From Candidatus Dormiibacterota bacterium (lineage in GTDB: Bacteria; Chloroflexota; Dormibacteria; Aeolococcales; Aeolococcaceae), in NCBI GenBank assembly GCA_963718525.1, contig OY970355.1:2144001-2208000 (forward strand): DNA of 64,000 bases, written 5' to 3'. The translations under genes were made by a program, and so were the position numbers. A model generated the notes under the pieces. The model worked only from the letters and a program-made list of their open reading frames with translations. It did no database searches and was not told the origin of the DNA. Below, piece after piece: positions 11,311 through 22,268 of this stretch. The stretch's first letter is position 1. Each line of letters starts with the position of its first letter.

Positions 11311-11705
11311 TCCTCGTCGATCAGCGGGCTCGACAGGATGAAATCGGCGGTCGCGCGGTTGCACGCCATCGGAATGTTGTGGACGACCGCGATGCGCAGC
11401 AGCGCCTTGACGTCGACGTCGTGCGGATGGGGTTCGAGCGGATCCCAGAAGAAGATGATGACGTCGATGCGCCCCTCCGCAATCGCCGCGCCCACCTGCT
11501 GGTCGCCACCCAGTGGCCCGGTGAGGAACCGGTGCACCGGCAGCGCCAGCTCGTTGGCGACCATCGACCCGGTTGTGCCGGTGCCAAGCAGATCGTGGCG
11601 CGCGAGCGTATCGCGGTTGAAGCGCGCCCACTCGAGCATGTCCGCCTTCTTGTTGTCGTGGGCGATCAGCACGATCTGCTTTCGCCTGGGCTCTGACCGT
11701 GGCAC
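11262..11705 (-). CDS. mgsA: Methylglyoxal synthase
   Basis: LIAHDNKK, GTGTTG, GPLGGDQQ, FFWDPL..HPHDVDVKALLR, ACNRATAD. Confidence 0.97.
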   Translation of the reverse strand: MPRSEPRRKQIVLIAHDNKKADMLEWARFNRDTLARHDLLGTGTTGSMVANELALPVHRFLTGPLGGDQQVGAAIAEGRIDVIIFFWDPLEPHPHDVDVKALLRIAVVHNIPMACNRATADFILSSPLIDEDYPRSLDALEATTASA

Positions 11706-11757
11706 GATTCGCCTCCCGTTGAGCTGCTGCGACTAGCCATAGATTGTGGGCCGTGTG

Positions 11758-13023
11758 ATGTCCGATCCACCTGCGAGATCTAAGGGTCGAGCACCCGCGG
11801 CGTTGCACCACCGAGACTTCGCGCTGCTCTGGTCGGGGCAGAGCATCTCGCTCGTTGGGGACGGCGTATTCATTGTCGCGCTCGCGCTGGAGACGCTGCG
11901 CATCGATGACCATCCGTTCGCGCTGTCGCTGGTGCTGGCCGCGCGATTGCTACCGACCGTCCTGTTGCTCGTGGCCGGCGGGGTGATCGTCGATCGGATT
12001 CCACGCCGCCTTGCGATGCTCGCATCGGATACAACTCGCGGCCTCGCGGTGGCGGTGATCGCGGGTCTGGTCGCGATCGGGGCACTGCAGATCTGGGAGC
12101 TTGTCGTCATGTCGGTGATCTTCGGTGCCGCGGATGCACTCTTCTACCCCGCCGCGACGGCGGTGACCCCGGAGATTCTTCCAGCCGATCTGCTCACGCA
12201 GGGCAGCGCGCTCAACCACGCAAGCCAGACGATCGCCCAGGCGCTCATCGGCCCGGCGCTCGGCGGCCTGGTGGTCGCTTCGCTCGGATACCAGTGGGCA
12301 TTCGCCATCGACGCGCTGAGCTTCGCCGTGAGCGCCGGCTGCATTCTTGCCATGGCGAGCCGGCCGCGTCCAGAGCCGACCGGCCGTTCCGCGCTCGCCG
12401 ATGCGCGCGATGGAGTGCGCTACGTCCGCTCACAACGCTGGCTCTGGGTGTCGCTCGCAGGTGCTGGGTTGGCCAATTTCGCCGCGTTCTCGCCGCTCGG
12501 CGTCCTGATCCCGCTGCTCGTTCGCAATGTGCTCCACCAGGGTCCGCTCGCCCTGGGCCTTGTGCTCGCCGGCGGCGGGGTCGGTGGCGGCCTGACCGCT
12601 CTGATCCTTGCGAAGACTGGTCCGCCACGATTGCGCATCACCTCGACCTGGGTGGGGTGGGCGGTTTCGGCTGCCGGGATCGTCGCCCTTGGTCTCGCTC
12701 CGAACGTCTGGGTGGCCGGTGCCTGCGCGTTCGTCATCACCGCCACGCTCATGTACGGCAATATCCTGTGGAGCCCGATCATGCAGGAACTCGTGCCGCC
12801 CGAGCTCCTTGGACGCGCGTCGTCGGTTGACTGGCTGGTCTCGCTGAGTCTCAGTCCGCTCGGCGTCCTGGCGAGTGGCGCGCTGGCCGGTGTCATCGGC
12901 ACGCGCATGACCCTGGTGGTCGGCGGCTCTGTGGCGCTCGCACTGTGCGCCATCCTCTTCGTCCCCGGGGTTCGCGATCCCGAACGGCGACTGAGTTCGC
13001 ACGCGGCTCCCGCGACGCGTTAG
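11758..13023 (+). CDS. MFS transporter (DHA3/macrolide-efflux-like)
   Basis: RDFALLWSGQSISLVGD and GVIVDRIPRR motif A; ~12 TM. Confidence 0.9.
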   Translation: MSDPPARSKGRAPAALHHRDFALLWSGQSISLVGDGVFIVALALETLRIDDHPFALSLVLAARLLPTVLLLVAGGVIVDRIPRRLAMLASDTTRGLAVAVIAGLVAIGALQIWELVVMSVIFGAADALFYPAATAVTPEILPADLLTQGSALNHASQTIAQALIGPALGGLVVASLGYQWAFAIDALSFAVSAGCILAMASRPRPEPTGRSALADARDGVRYVRSQRWLWVSLAGAGLANFAAFSPLGVLIPLLVRNVLHQGPLALGLVLAGGGVGGGLTALILAKTGPPRLRITSTWVGWAVSAAGIVALGLAPNVWVAGACAFVITATLMYGNILWSPIMQELVPPELLGRASSVDWLVSLSLSPLGVLASGALAGVIGTRMTLVVGGSVALALCAILFVPGVRDPERRLSSHAAPATR

Positions 13024-13065
13024 CAGGCACCCCTGCCAGACTCTCCGGGTGATCGGGGCGGCCTC

Positions 13066-14808
13066 ATAGCGACTACCAGCGGCACGACGCGCACCGTCAC
13101 CGCGGCACCCGGCAAGCGCGGCGACGGCTACAAGTGGGTCGCGCTCTCCAATACGACCGTTGGGGTGCTGCTCGCGACCATTGATGCGTCGATCATGTTG
13201 ATCGCGATGCCCGATATCTTTCGGGGCATCGGGCTGAACCCGCTCGACCCGGCGAACAGCTTCTACCTGCTCTGGATGATCCTCGGGTTCCTGATCGTCA
13301 GCAGCGTCCTGGTCGTGGGCCTGGGTCGCCTTGGCGACATCGTTGGGCGCGTCCGGATCTACAACCTCGGCTTCGTCATCTACACGGCAGCGTCGCTCCT
13401 GCTGACCATCGACTGGATGACCGGGCCCCCGGGTGCGATCTGGCTGATGGTGTTTCGAGTTGTGCAGGGCATCGGCGCCGCGTGCCTCATCGGCAACTCG
13501 GCTGCGATTCTCACCGACGCTTTCCCCCCCAACCAGCGCGGGCTCGCGCTGGGTATCAACAACATCGCGGGCATCAGCGGCGTGTTCATCGGTCTCGTGC
13601 TCGGCGGCCTGCTCGCGCCCATCAACTGGCGCCTCGTGTTTCTCGTGTCGGTGCCCTTCGGCATCTTCGGCACCGTCTGGGCGTACATGAAGCTGGAGGA
13701 ACGCGGCGTCCGACGGCGGGTGCCGATCGACTGGCTCGGCAACCTCACGTTCGCCATCGGCCTGATCCTCGTGATGATCGGGATCACCTATGGGATCGAG
13801 CCGTACAAGTCCGATCCGATGGGCTGGACGAGCCCGTTCGTGCTCTCGGCACTCGGCCTCGGAGCGCTGTTCCTCGGTGGATTTGCGGTGATCGAGAGTC
13901 GCGTCGAGAATCCCATGTTCCGTCTCGGGTTGTTTCGCATCCGCGCGTTCACCTTCGGCACGCTGTCGAGCTTCCTGGCTGCGGTGGGCCGCGGCGGACT
14001 CATGTTCATGCTCATCATCTGGCTGCAGGGAATCTGGTTGCCTGAACATGGATACAGCTTCACGTCGACGCCGCTGTGGGCCGGCATTTACATGATTCCC
14101 CTGACGGTGGGGTTCCTGCTCGCCGGTCCGGTCTCGGGCTATCTCTCCGACCGCTTCGGGTCGCGGCCGTTTGCGACGGGCGGGATGATCGGAGCGGCCG
14201 CGAGCTTCGCGTTCCTGCAACTGCTGCCGATCGACTTCCCGTATCAACTGTTCGCCCTGATCCTGCTCCTCAACGGTCTGTCGATGGGCGCATTCGCGTC
14301 TCCAAACCGTGCGGGCGTGATGAACAGCCTGCCGCCCGGCGACCGTGGCGCCGGCGGCGGCATGAATGCGACGTTCCAGAGTTCAGCTCAGGTGCTGTCC
14401 ATCGGCATCTTCTTCACGCTGATGATCACCGGGCTGGCGGCCACGCTCTCGACGACGATGACCGCCGGTCTTGAAGCGCACGGAGTCCCGGCGGCGGTTG
14501 CCGAGCATGTGGGCCACCTGCCGCCCGTGTCGATTCTGTTTGCGGCGTTCCTCGGCTACAACCCGATCCAGTCGCTGATCGGCGTGCATGTCCTGTCACA
14601 GCTGCCCGCGGCGAGCGCCGCCGCGCTCACCGGCCGCCAGTTCTTCCCGGAACTGATCTCGAAGCCGTTCGCGGCAGGCCTGCACCAGGCCTTCACCTTC
14701 TCACTGGTGGTGTGCCTCATCGCGGCGGTTGCGTCGTGGTCACGCGGAGGGCGGCGCGCCCCGTCCGGTGAGCCCGCGATCGCCACAACCGAGACGCCGG
14801 AGCTGTAA
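13066..14808 (+). CDS. MFS transporter (DHA2, 14-TM)
   Basis: YKWVALSNTT N-terminus lies upstream of the called GTG at 13165; GRLGDIVGR motif A; start uncertain (ATA 13066 or CTG 13033). Confidence 0.88.
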   Translation: MATTSGTTRTVTAAPGKRGDGYKWVALSNTTVGVLLATIDASIMLIAMPDIFRGIGLNPLDPANSFYLLWMILGFLIVSSVLVVGLGRLGDIVGRVRIYNLGFVIYTAASLLLTIDWMTGPPGAIWLMVFRVVQGIGAACLIGNSAAILTDAFPPNQRGLALGINNIAGISGVFIGLVLGGLLAPINWRLVFLVSVPFGIFGTVWAYMKLEERGVRRRVPIDWLGNLTFAIGLILVMIGITYGIEPYKSDPMGWTSPFVLSALGLGALFLGGFAVIESRVENPMFRLGLFRIRAFTFGTLSSFLAAVGRGGLMFMLIIWLQGIWLPEHGYSFTSTPLWAGIYMIPLTVGFLLAGPVSGYLSDRFGSRPFATGGMIGAAASFAFLQLLPIDFPYQLFALILLLNGLSMGAFASPNRAGVMNSLPPGDRGAGGGMNATFQSSAQVLSIGIFFTLMITGLAATLSTTMTAGLEAHGVPAAVAEHVGHLPPVSILFAAFLGYNPIQSLIGVHVLSQLPAASAAALTGRQFFPELISKPFAAGLHQAFTFSLVVCLIAAVASWSRGGRRAPSGEPAIATTETPEL

Positions 14809-14816
14809 CCGCCGGG

Positions 14817-15242
14817 CTACCGGAGGCTGAGTGCGGGACCGGTCAAGGCCAGGGGAACATGGCCCGAGAACGCGAAGAACGCGAAGAGCGCCAGCGCCGC
14901 GCCGAGCAATGAGACATCGCGGTAGAAGCCGCCCTCGTGCGTTCTCCTCGCGGCCGGGTCGGTCTCGCTCCAGAACGGGTGAAAGAGGACCGCGGCGGGG
15001 ATGAGAAATGCGGCGATCATCAGGGAGCCCAGGTCTGCCCAGATGCCGACGACGATGGAGATCGACGCGACCAGCAACCACACACCCGTCGGCCACCCCG
15101 CGAGCACGGGGAACGGAAGTTTCTTGCCCGAGCCCGCGACGTAGCGAGGGTGGTTCTTGATGTGGCCGCGAGCTGCAGATACGAAGAGCGCGACGAACAG
15201 GATCCGGCCGATAAGCAGGATCACGCCTGCGAGCGTGCTCAC
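14817..15242 (-). CDS. DoxX family membrane protein
   Basis: LIGRIL...LF, FLIPAAVLFHPFW, RDVSLLGAAL. Confidence 0.85.
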   Translation of the reverse strand: MSTLAGVILLIGRILFVALFVSAARGHIKNHPRYVAGSGKKLPFPVLAGWPTGVWLLVASISIVVGIWADLGSLMIAAFLIPAAVLFHPFWSETDPAARRTHEGGFYRDVSLLGAALALFAFFAFSGHVPLALTGPALSLR

Positions 15243-15276
15243 CGCTCCGGCCGTGACCGCATTGCGTGCCTGGGCG

Positions 15277-16218
15277 TCACTCCGCAACCTTGAGAAGGAT
15301 GCGCCCGCGGCCGTGGCCCGTTTCCGAAACCGCCTGCGCCTGTGCCGCTTCCTCGAGCGGGAAGACTTGCTGGATCTCGGGTTTCAGGTCGCCCGATGCC
15401 ACGAGCTTGGCGAGCTCCTCGAGGATCGGGCGGGTCTCGGTGGGATGAGCCACGGCCTCCGCGCGCACTCCTCGCGCAGCTGCCGCGTCCGGGTCGGCCA
15501 TGCCGGCCACGGTCACGAGGATGCCGCCCGGCTTGAGCAGGCTCAGGGAGCGCGCGGCAATCTCGCCACCGACCGTATCGACCACGACATCGAGGTCGTG
15601 CACGGCGTCCTCGACATTGGTGGTCGTGTAGTCGATGATCTCGTCGGCGCCGATCGAGCGCACGAAGTCGACATTGGCCGTCGAGGCGGTAGCGATGACG
15701 AAGGCGCCCTTCCAGTGTCCGAGCTGGACTGCGATGGATCCGACGCCACCGGCGCCGCCCTGCACGAGGAGACGCTGGCCGGCCTCGAGGTGCGCGTTGT
15801 CGAAGAGCGCGAGCCACGCGGTGACACCGCCGACGTGGAGGGTCGCCGCGTGCTCGAAGGAGACGCCGTCGGGGATCCTCGCGATGGTCGCAATCGGTGC
15901 GACCGCGAACTCGGCATACGTGCTCGCGCCGCGGCCGAAGACTTTGTCGCCGACGGCGAAGTCCATGACCCCATCGCCGAGCGCGTCAACGGTGCCGGAA
16001 AAGTCGAGCCCGGGCGTGGCCGGAAGCGCGATCGGCATGTACCGCTGCAAAATCCCGGTCCGGAGCTTCCAATCGATCGGGTTCACACCGGCGAAGTGGA
16101 TGCGGACGAGGACCTCGCCGGCTTTGGGCTGAGGGCGGTCCACAGTCTCGACGATGAGCACCGACGGCGGTCCGTAGTCATGAAAATGCCCTGCCCGCAT
16201 CGAGGTCTCGCTCGCCAT
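15277..16218 (-). CDS. NADP-dependent oxidoreductase (MDR / quinone reductase family)
   Basis: AGVNPIDWK, GLDFSG, QGGAGGVGSIAVQL, GHGRGRILL. Confidence 0.93.
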   Translation of the reverse strand: MASETSMRAGHFHDYGPPSVLIVETVDRPQPKAGEVLVRIHFAGVNPIDWKLRTGILQRYMPIALPATPGLDFSGTVDALGDGVMDFAVGDKVFGRGASTYAEFAVAPIATIARIPDGVSFEHAATLHVGGVTAWLALFDNAHLEAGQRLLVQGGAGGVGSIAVQLGHWKGAFVIATASTANVDFVRSIGADEIIDYTTTNVEDAVHDLDVVVDTVGGEIAARSLSLLKPGGILVTVAGMADPDAAAARGVRAEAVAHPTETRPILEELAKLVASGDLKPEIQQVFPLEEAAQAQAVSETGHGRGRILLKVAE

Positions 16219-16316
16219 GTGCCGTGCCTCCCTGGCTGCGCTGTGTCGCACAGGCTAGTAATTCAATAGGAACATCAGATTTTAGCACGAAGACCGCCGG
16301 AAACCGGGAGCGCTGC

Positions 16317-17081
16317 CTAGAGCACCTTGGAGAGAAATGACTTGGTGCGTGCGTGCTGCGGATTGGCGAGCACATCGCGCGGATTCCCGGCCTCGACGAT
16401 CACGCCACCATCCATGAACACGAGCGCGTCGCCGACCTCGCGCGCGAAGCCCATCTCGTGGGTGACGACGATCATCGTCATGCCGTCCTGCGCGAGACCG
16501 CGCATGACGTCGAGCACATCGCCGACGAGCTCCGGGTCGAGTGCCGACGTCGGCTCGTCGAAGAGCATCAGCTTCGGCTGCATCGCCAGCGCTCGGGCGA
16601 TCGCGACTCGCTGCTGCTGGCCACCGGAGAGCTGATTCGGATAGACGTCCAGCTTATCGGCGAGTCCGACGCGGTCCAGCAACGCCTTTCCTCGCTCCAT
16701 CGCAACGCGCTCGGGCTCGCCCTTCACGCGAATCGGCGCCTCGATGATGTTCTCGATGGCCGTCATGTGCGGGAAGAGATTGAAGCGCTGGAACACCATG
16801 CCGATCTCGGCGCGCTTGCGACATACCTCACTATCAGGAAGCTCGTAGATCTTGCCGGCATGTTCGCGGTATCCCACCAGCTCACCATCGACTGACAGCC
16901 TGCCGGCGTCGATCTTCTCGAGATGATTGATGCAGCGAAGAAAGGTGCTCTTGCCGGATCCCGACGGACCCACGATGCACATGACCTCACTCGGCGCCAC
17001 CTCGAGATCGATCCCGCGCAGCACTTCGAGACGTCCAAAGCTCTTGTGCACGCTCTCGGCAAGGACCATCGGGGCGGGCAT
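16317..17081 (-). CDS. Polar amino-acid ABC transporter ATP-binding protein
   Basis: [43 protein letters not shown]. Confidence 0.96.
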   Translation of the reverse strand: MPAPMVLAESVHKSFGRLEVLRGIDLEVAPSEVMCIVGPSGSGKSTFLRCINHLEKIDAGRLSVDGELVGYREHAGKIYELPDSEVCRKRAEIGMVFQRFNLFPHMTAIENIIEAPIRVKGEPERVAMERGKALLDRVGLADKLDVYPNQLSGGQQQRVAIARALAMQPKLMLFDEPTSALDPELVGDVLDVMRGLAQDGMTMIVVTHEMGFAREVGDALVFMDGGVIVEAGNPRDVLANPQHARTKSFLSKVL

Positions 17082-17091
17082 CAGCGCACCT

Positions 17092-18069
17092 CTAGAACGG
17101 GTGGCGCGGGACGATGGGCGCCGGCTCGGCAGCAACCATCTGCGGGGTGACGTGCGAGCCGAAGAACGTCCTTCGGAACCGCTGGAGCGGGGTCAGCGGC
17201 AGCTGCCGGGCCGAGCCTCGCGCAAAGTATCGCTCGAGGTAGTACTGGCCGAACGTCAGGATCGAAGTCATGAAGAGATACCAGATGCTGGCGACAACCA
17301 GCAGCTCAACGATGTCGAAGTTGGCGTTGGAGATCTGCCCCTGCGCGTAGAACAGTTCGCCAACGGTCGCGATGGACGCGAGCGATGACGTCTTCAGCAT
17401 CGAGATCGTCTCGTTGCCCGTCGGCGGGAGGATGACGCGCATCGCCTGCGGCAGCACGATCCTTCGCATGACCCGGGTGCGGGTCATGCCCAGCGCCTGC
17501 GCCGCCTCCGTCTGCCCGTGATCCACGGAGATGATGCCGGCGCGAACGATCTCCGACATGTAGGCCGCCTCGTTGAGGCCGAGGCCGAGGATGGCGGCGA
17601 GAATCGGAGTGTCGATTTGATTGGTAACGCCCACCCATTGGAGGTGGGTGAACGGAATACCGATGTGCAGGAGGGGCAGGATCAGCGCGAGGTTGTACCA
17701 GAAGAAGATCTGCACCAGGACGGGGGTCCCGCGGAAGAACCAGATGTAGAACCAGCTCACCGTCGACACGACCGGGTTCACCGAAAGGCGCATCACGGCG
17801 AGCAGCACGCCCAGGGACACGCCGATCACCATCGCGACCACCGTGAGGACGAGCGTGATGAGGATGCCGCGGAGGATCGCGGGGAAGAAGAAGAACTGGG
17901 CGACGGCGCGCCAGCTCAGATTTGGCGCGGTGGCGAAGGTGTACAGCACACTCGCGGCGGCCGCGAGCACGACCGCCGCACCGACCCATCTCCACGGGTG
18001 GCGGAGTGGAATCGCCTTGATCGCCTCGGGTTTGCGCGTCGCGGTCGCGGAGGGGTCGGTGATCGTCAC
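17092..18069 (-). CDS. Polar amino-acid ABC transporter permease
   Basis: [40 protein letters not shown]. Confidence 0.95.
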   Translation of the reverse strand: MTITDPSATATRKPEAIKAIPLRHPWRWVGAAVVLAAAASVLYTFATAPNLSWRAVAQFFFFPAILRGILITLVLTVVAMVIGVSLGVLLAVMRLSVNPVVSTVSWFYIWFFRGTPVLVQIFFWYNLALILPLLHIGIPFTHLQWVGVTNQIDTPILAAILGLGLNEAAYMSEIVRAGIISVDHGQTEAAQALGMTRTRVMRRIVLPQAMRVILPPTGNETISMLKTSSLASIATVGELFYAQGQISNANFDIVELLVVASIWYLFMTSILTFGQYYLERYFARGSARQLPLTPLQRFRRTFFGSHVTPQMVAAEPAPIVPRHPF

Positions 18070-18123
18070 GCCGGCCGGATGGTCACGACGGCGCGCATCC
18101 CTGATCGGAGCTGTTGCGCGTGG

Positions 18124-19116
18124 TCAAGGGCCTAAGTACGACGGCACGCAGCTCGCGCCCACCGGGTTGTTGTTGTTCAACCCGACGGCAGAACTGGGGA
18201 TCGCCCCGTCCTTGACCCCCCACTTCTCGAGGAGCTGTCCGTACCAGTTGTTGTCGATCAGATATTTGAGCGCGTCCTGGACGGCCTGTTCGAGCCCGGT
18301 CGACTTCACCATGGCGACTCCATAGGGCGAAACGCTGCACGCGGTACCGCCGATCTTGAGCTTGCCGCTCTCGAGCTTGACCTGGTAGTCGGCGACGGGC
18401 TGATCCGCCCATCCGAAATCCGCGCGGCCCGACAGCAGCGCGGCGTTGGCCTGGGTCTGCGTTTGGAAGCTGAGCACTGTGATGTCCTGCTTGCCGGCCG
18501 CGGTGCAGTGGTCGGTGTCGCCGCTGATCTTGGTGCCCCCGGGCTGCATCCCCATGTATCCCCAGGCGTCCGCTTCCTCAGTCGTCGACGACTCAACCGC
18601 CACGGTATGACCGCACATGTCGGCGGCTGACGAAATCGTCGGCCCCCCGGTCTTGACCAGCCAGGCCTCGCCGGCCTGGTAATAGGTGACGAAATCGATG
18701 CCCTTGGCCTCGCGAGCCGAGGTTGGGGTGAAGCTCGAGAAGCTCATCTGATACTTGGACGGGTTCTCGAGCAGCGCCGGGATGATGTCGTTGAATGTGA
18801 CGTTGCTGATCGTGCAGGGGACACCGAGGACGGCGCACACCTCCTTGGCGAGATCGATGTCCCAGCCCACGAGGCTTCCAGTGCTCGGGTCGACGAATTC
18901 GTTCGGCGCGTAGGACGCATCCGAGGCAATCTGCAGTGGGGCCGCGGTCTTGATCGCCGACGGGACCTCGGCTGCGATGCTCGCCTGGACGGTCGGGCCT
19001 GTGGGCCCTGAACTCGCGGGCGAGGAGCCACCGGAACCCCCGCAGGCAGCAAGCACCGCCGCCGGGACGATGAGAGCGAGTCCGGCGCGGCGCGAGACTT
19101 GGACCGTGCGACCCAT
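18124..19116 (-). CDS. Amino-acid ABC transporter substrate-binding lipoprotein
   Basis: Lipobox LAAC; DASYAPNEF, GWDIDL, DFVTYY, PYGVA. Confidence 0.92.
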   Translation of the reverse strand: MGRTVQVSRRAGLALIVPAAVLAACGGSGGSSPASSGPTGPTVQASIAAEVPSAIKTAAPLQIASDASYAPNEFVDPSTGSLVGWDIDLAKEVCAVLGVPCTISNVTFNDIIPALLENPSKYQMSFSSFTPTSAREAKGIDFVTYYQAGEAWLVKTGGPTISSAADMCGHTVAVESSTTEEADAWGYMGMQPGGTKISGDTDHCTAAGKQDITVLSFQTQTQANAALLSGRADFGWADQPVADYQVKLESGKLKIGGTACSVSPYGVAMVKSTGLEQAVQDALKYLIDNNWYGQLLEKWGVKDGAIPSSAVGLNNNNPVGASCVPSYLGP

Positions 19117-19401
19117 ATGTGACCCCCAAAGCCAAACGACTGAATAGGTGGCCGACATTGTGGACTTTCACCCCTGCCGTGTCCACAGACACACCGTCTG
19201 TACGGCAGTTTTGCGGCGCCCCGGCTGACTGTTCACCGCACCTGACGCCTTTCCGCCTGAAATGCCTGGCAGGCACTGCGCGATCTGGTCGGACACCTGG
19301 CACTTGCGTGCCAGCAAGGCTGGGGAGATTCGCTTGACCCTTCCCCCGAGCGAATGCCAGCATGAGGCCGCCGTCATTTCCTTTCGTCCGGGAGGTTTTC
19401 C

Positions 19402-19926
19402 ATGCCGCAGCAGGTTGCCCTGACCATCAATGGAAGGCGAAGGGAGGATTACGTCGAGCCGCGTCTGCTCCTTGTGCACTACCTCCGCGAGGTGGCCGGA
19501 CTCACCGGGACCCACATCGCGTGCGACACCAGCCAGTGCGGCGCCTGCACGGTCCTCGTCGATGGCGAGGCCGTGAAGTCGTGCAGCGTCTTCACCGTCC
19601 AGGCGGATGGAAAGCAGGTGACCACGATCGAAGGGCTGGCCGAGGACGGGACCCTCCACCCCGTGCAGCAGGCGTTCTGGAACGAGCACGGCCTGCAGTG
19701 CGGGTTCTGCACACCCGGTTTCATCATGGCCGCCGCGTACCTGCTGAAGCAGAACGCGTCGCCGACCGACGATGAGATCGACCGAGGCCTGGAAGGAAAT
19801 CTCTGCCGCTGTACCGGCTACGAGAACATCAAGAAGGCCGTGCGATCCGCGTCTCGGGCGATGACCGGTGGCGATGCGGAGTCACGTGACCTGGTCGGAT
19901 CGGTCGCCGCTCCGGTGGAGGACTAG
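19402..19926 (+). CDS. coxS: CoxS/CutS-type 2x[2Fe-2S] small subunit
   Basis: CDTSQCGACT and QCGFCTPG...CRCTGY. Confidence 0.93.
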   Translation: MPQQVALTINGRRREDYVEPRLLLVHYLREVAGLTGTHIACDTSQCGACTVLVDGEAVKSCSVFTVQADGKQVTTIEGLAEDGTLHPVQQAFWNEHGLQCGFCTPGFIMAAAYLLKQNASPTDDEIDRGLEGNLCRCTGYENIKKAVRSASRAMTGGDAESRDLVGSVAAPVED

Positions 19927-19928
19927 CG

Positions 19929-22268
19929 ATGGCCGTCACCTCGATGATCGGCGCCCGCATCCAGCGACGCGAAGATCCCAAGCTCATCACCGGGCACGGC
20001 AACTTCATCGACGACATCAACCTTGTGAACATGGCGCACATGTCGGTGGTGCGCAGCCCGCACGCGCATGCGCGCATCCGCTCGATCGACACCTCGGCCG
20101 CACGAGCGGCCAAAGGCGTGGTTGCGGTGCTCACGGCCGCCGACTTCAAGTCGGTCATCCTCGGGCCGCTCCCGGTGACCAATTCGTTTGTCGCGGACAA
20201 GAAGCAGGTCCCGGAACAGTTCCCGATCGCGGCGACGGAGGCAGCCTATGCGGGCGAGCCGGTGGCCGTGGTCATCGCGGATGACCGCTACCTCGCCGAC
20301 GATGCCGCCCAGCTCGTCGTCGTCGACTACGAGCCGCTCCCAGCCGTCATGGACCTGGAGAAGGCGATGGCGCCGGGCAGCCCGCTGGTGAAGAGCGACA
20401 GGCCCGACAACATCGGGTGGGACGCGGCGTTTCCCGCCGGCGACATCGACGCAGCGTTTGCCGAGGCAGACGTGGTGCTCAAGCAGCGCATCGGCCAGCA
20501 GCGCGTGTTTCCGACGGCGATGGAGACCCGCGGTTGCGTCGCCGACTACGTCCCCTACGACAACCGCTGCACGTTGTGGACCTCGACCCAGGTGCCGCAC
20601 TTCATCCGTCTCTTCGTGGGGGGCGCGCTTGGCGTCCCGGAATCGCAATTCCGCGTCGTCAGCCACGACGTCGGCGGTGGATTCGGAGCCAAGCTACGCC
20701 CATATCCCGAGGAATACCTGGCGACCGCGGCGTCAAAGATCACCGAGCGACCGGTGAAGTGGATCGAGGACCGCACCGAGAGCCTGCAGGCGACGACTCA
20801 GGGACGTGGGCAGATCTTCGATGTCGAGGTGGCAGCCAAGCGGGACGGCACGCTTCTGGGGTTGAAGTTCACGCAACTGCTCGACATCGGCGCTTATCAC
20901 GGCGTGTTCAGCGCCTTCCAGGTGGTGGCATGCCTCCTCGGTGGCGGCTGCTATGACTTCAAGGCGATCCACGCGCGAAGCATCGGCGTCTTCACCAACC
21001 GCATGTCCACCGACCCGTATCGCGGTGCCGGCCGGCCGGAGGCGACCCACCTGGTCGAGCGCGTCGTCGATCTGGTGGCGCGAGAGTTCGGCATGGACCC
21101 GGCCGAGGTTCGGCGCAAGAACTTCATCAAGACGTTCCCCCACACCAACAATTTCGGGCTCGTCTACAACTCCGGTGAGTACGAGAAGTCGATGGATCGC
21201 GCCATGGCGAACATCGACTACCCTGCGCTGCGCAAGCGCCAGGAGGAGTTGCGCGCCCAGGGCCGCTACACCGGGATCGGCTTCAGCACCTACGTTGAGA
21301 TCTGCGGACTCGGCCCGAGTTCGGCCACTGCGCCGGCGGCGGGCATCGCGCTCGTCGAGTCATCGATGGTCCGCGTCCATCCCACAGGATCGGTGACGGT
21401 GTCAGTCGGGACGCACGCGCACGGTCAGGGTCACGAGACCACATTCGCGCAGATCGTGGCCGACACACTCGGTGTCCCGTACGACTCGGTGGAGATCCGC
21501 CACGGCGACACCGGCGACACCCCGTTCGGTTACGGAACTTACGGGTCTCGTAGCCTCGCCGTCGGCGGCATGGCGATCATGGCGTCGTGTCACAAGGTGG
21601 TCGAGAAGGCCAAGAAGCTTGCGGCACACGCATTTGAAGCATCTGATGAAGACATCGTCGTAGACCAGGGACGCTACTTCGTGCGCGGCAACCCGAGCGA
21701 CGCAAAAGTCCTTGCGGAGCTGGCGTTTGCCTCATACGGAGCGGGGCTCCCCGAGGGTATGGAGCAGGAACTCGAGGCCGTGTCGTACTTCGACCCGCCG
21801 AACTTCGTGTGGCCGTTCGGCTGCCACATCTGCGCCGTCGAGGTCGATCCCGAAACGGGCGTGGTGACCTTCGATCGTTACGTTGCGGTGGACGACTGCG
21901 GCAACGTGATCAACCCGTTGGTGGTCGACGGACAATTGCACGGGGGCATTGCCCAGGGGATCTCCCAAGCGCTCTTTGAAGAGGTGCAGTACGACGACGA
22001 GACCGGGCAGATGCTGAACGGCACCATGCTCGACTACCTGATTCCTACCATGGCGGAGATGCCGCACTTCGAGCTCGACCGAACGGTGACGCCGAGCCCG
22101 ACCAACGAGCTGGGGGTCAAGGGCATTGGTGAGGCGGGAACCATCGCATCGAGCATCGCGGTGATCAATGCGATCACCGACGCGCTCTCGCCCTTCGGGA
22201 TCAAACACGTGGAGATGCCTGCGCGTCCGGATCGCCTCTGGTCGATGATCAAGGAGGCACGCGCATGA
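19929..22268 (+). CDS. Molybdopterin-binding large subunit, CoxL/xanthine dehydrogenase family (form II-like)
   Basis: GGGFGAK, active-site PYRGAGRPEA, GQGHET, GTYGSRS, KGIGEAG. Confidence 0.92.
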   Translation: MAVTSMIGARIQRREDPKLITGHGNFIDDINLVNMAHMSVVRSPHAHARIRSIDTSAARAAKGVVAVLTAADFKSVILGPLPVTNSFVADKKQVPEQFPIAATEAAYAGEPVAVVIADDRYLADDAAQLVVVDYEPLPAVMDLEKAMAPGSPLVKSDRPDNIGWDAAFPAGDIDAAFAEADVVLKQRIGQQRVFPTAMETRGCVADYVPYDNRCTLWTSTQVPHFIRLFVGGALGVPESQFRVVSHDVGGGFGAKLRPYPEEYLATAASKITERPVKWIEDRTESLQATTQGRGQIFDVEVAAKRDGTLLGLKFTQLLDIGAYHGVFSAFQVVACLLGGGCYDFKAIHARSIGVFTNRMSTDPYRGAGRPEATHLVERVVDLVAREFGMDPAEVRRKNFIKTFPHTNNFGLVYNSGEYEKSMDRAMANIDYPALRKRQEELRAQGRYTGIGFSTYVEICGLGPSSATAPAAGIALVESSMVRVHPTGSVTVSVGTHAHGQGHETTFAQIVADTLGVPYDSVEIRHGDTGDTPFGYGTYGSRSLAVGGMAIMASCHKVVEKAKKLAAHAFEASDEDIVVDQGRYFVRGNPSDAKVLAELAFASYGAGLPEGMEQELEAVSYFDPPNFVWPFGCHICAVEVDPETGVVTFDRYVAVDDCGNVINPLVVDGQLHGGIAQGISQALFEEVQYDDETGQMLNGTMLDYLIPTMAEMPHFELDRTVTPSPTNELGVKGIGEAGTIASSIAVINAITDALSPFGIKHVEMPARPDRLWSMIKEARA

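Noticed and set aside
12430-16269. Long antisense ORFs (12430-14247, 15157-16269; also 5248-6654 and 26022-27197)
   Set aside because: Shadow ORFs opposite well-supported genes, expected from high GC3 codon bias; no motifs.
19929-22268. Form I aerobic CO dehydrogenase (trace-gas oxidation)
   Set aside because: It lacks the AYXCSFR motif and the M-S-L order with accessory cox genes.
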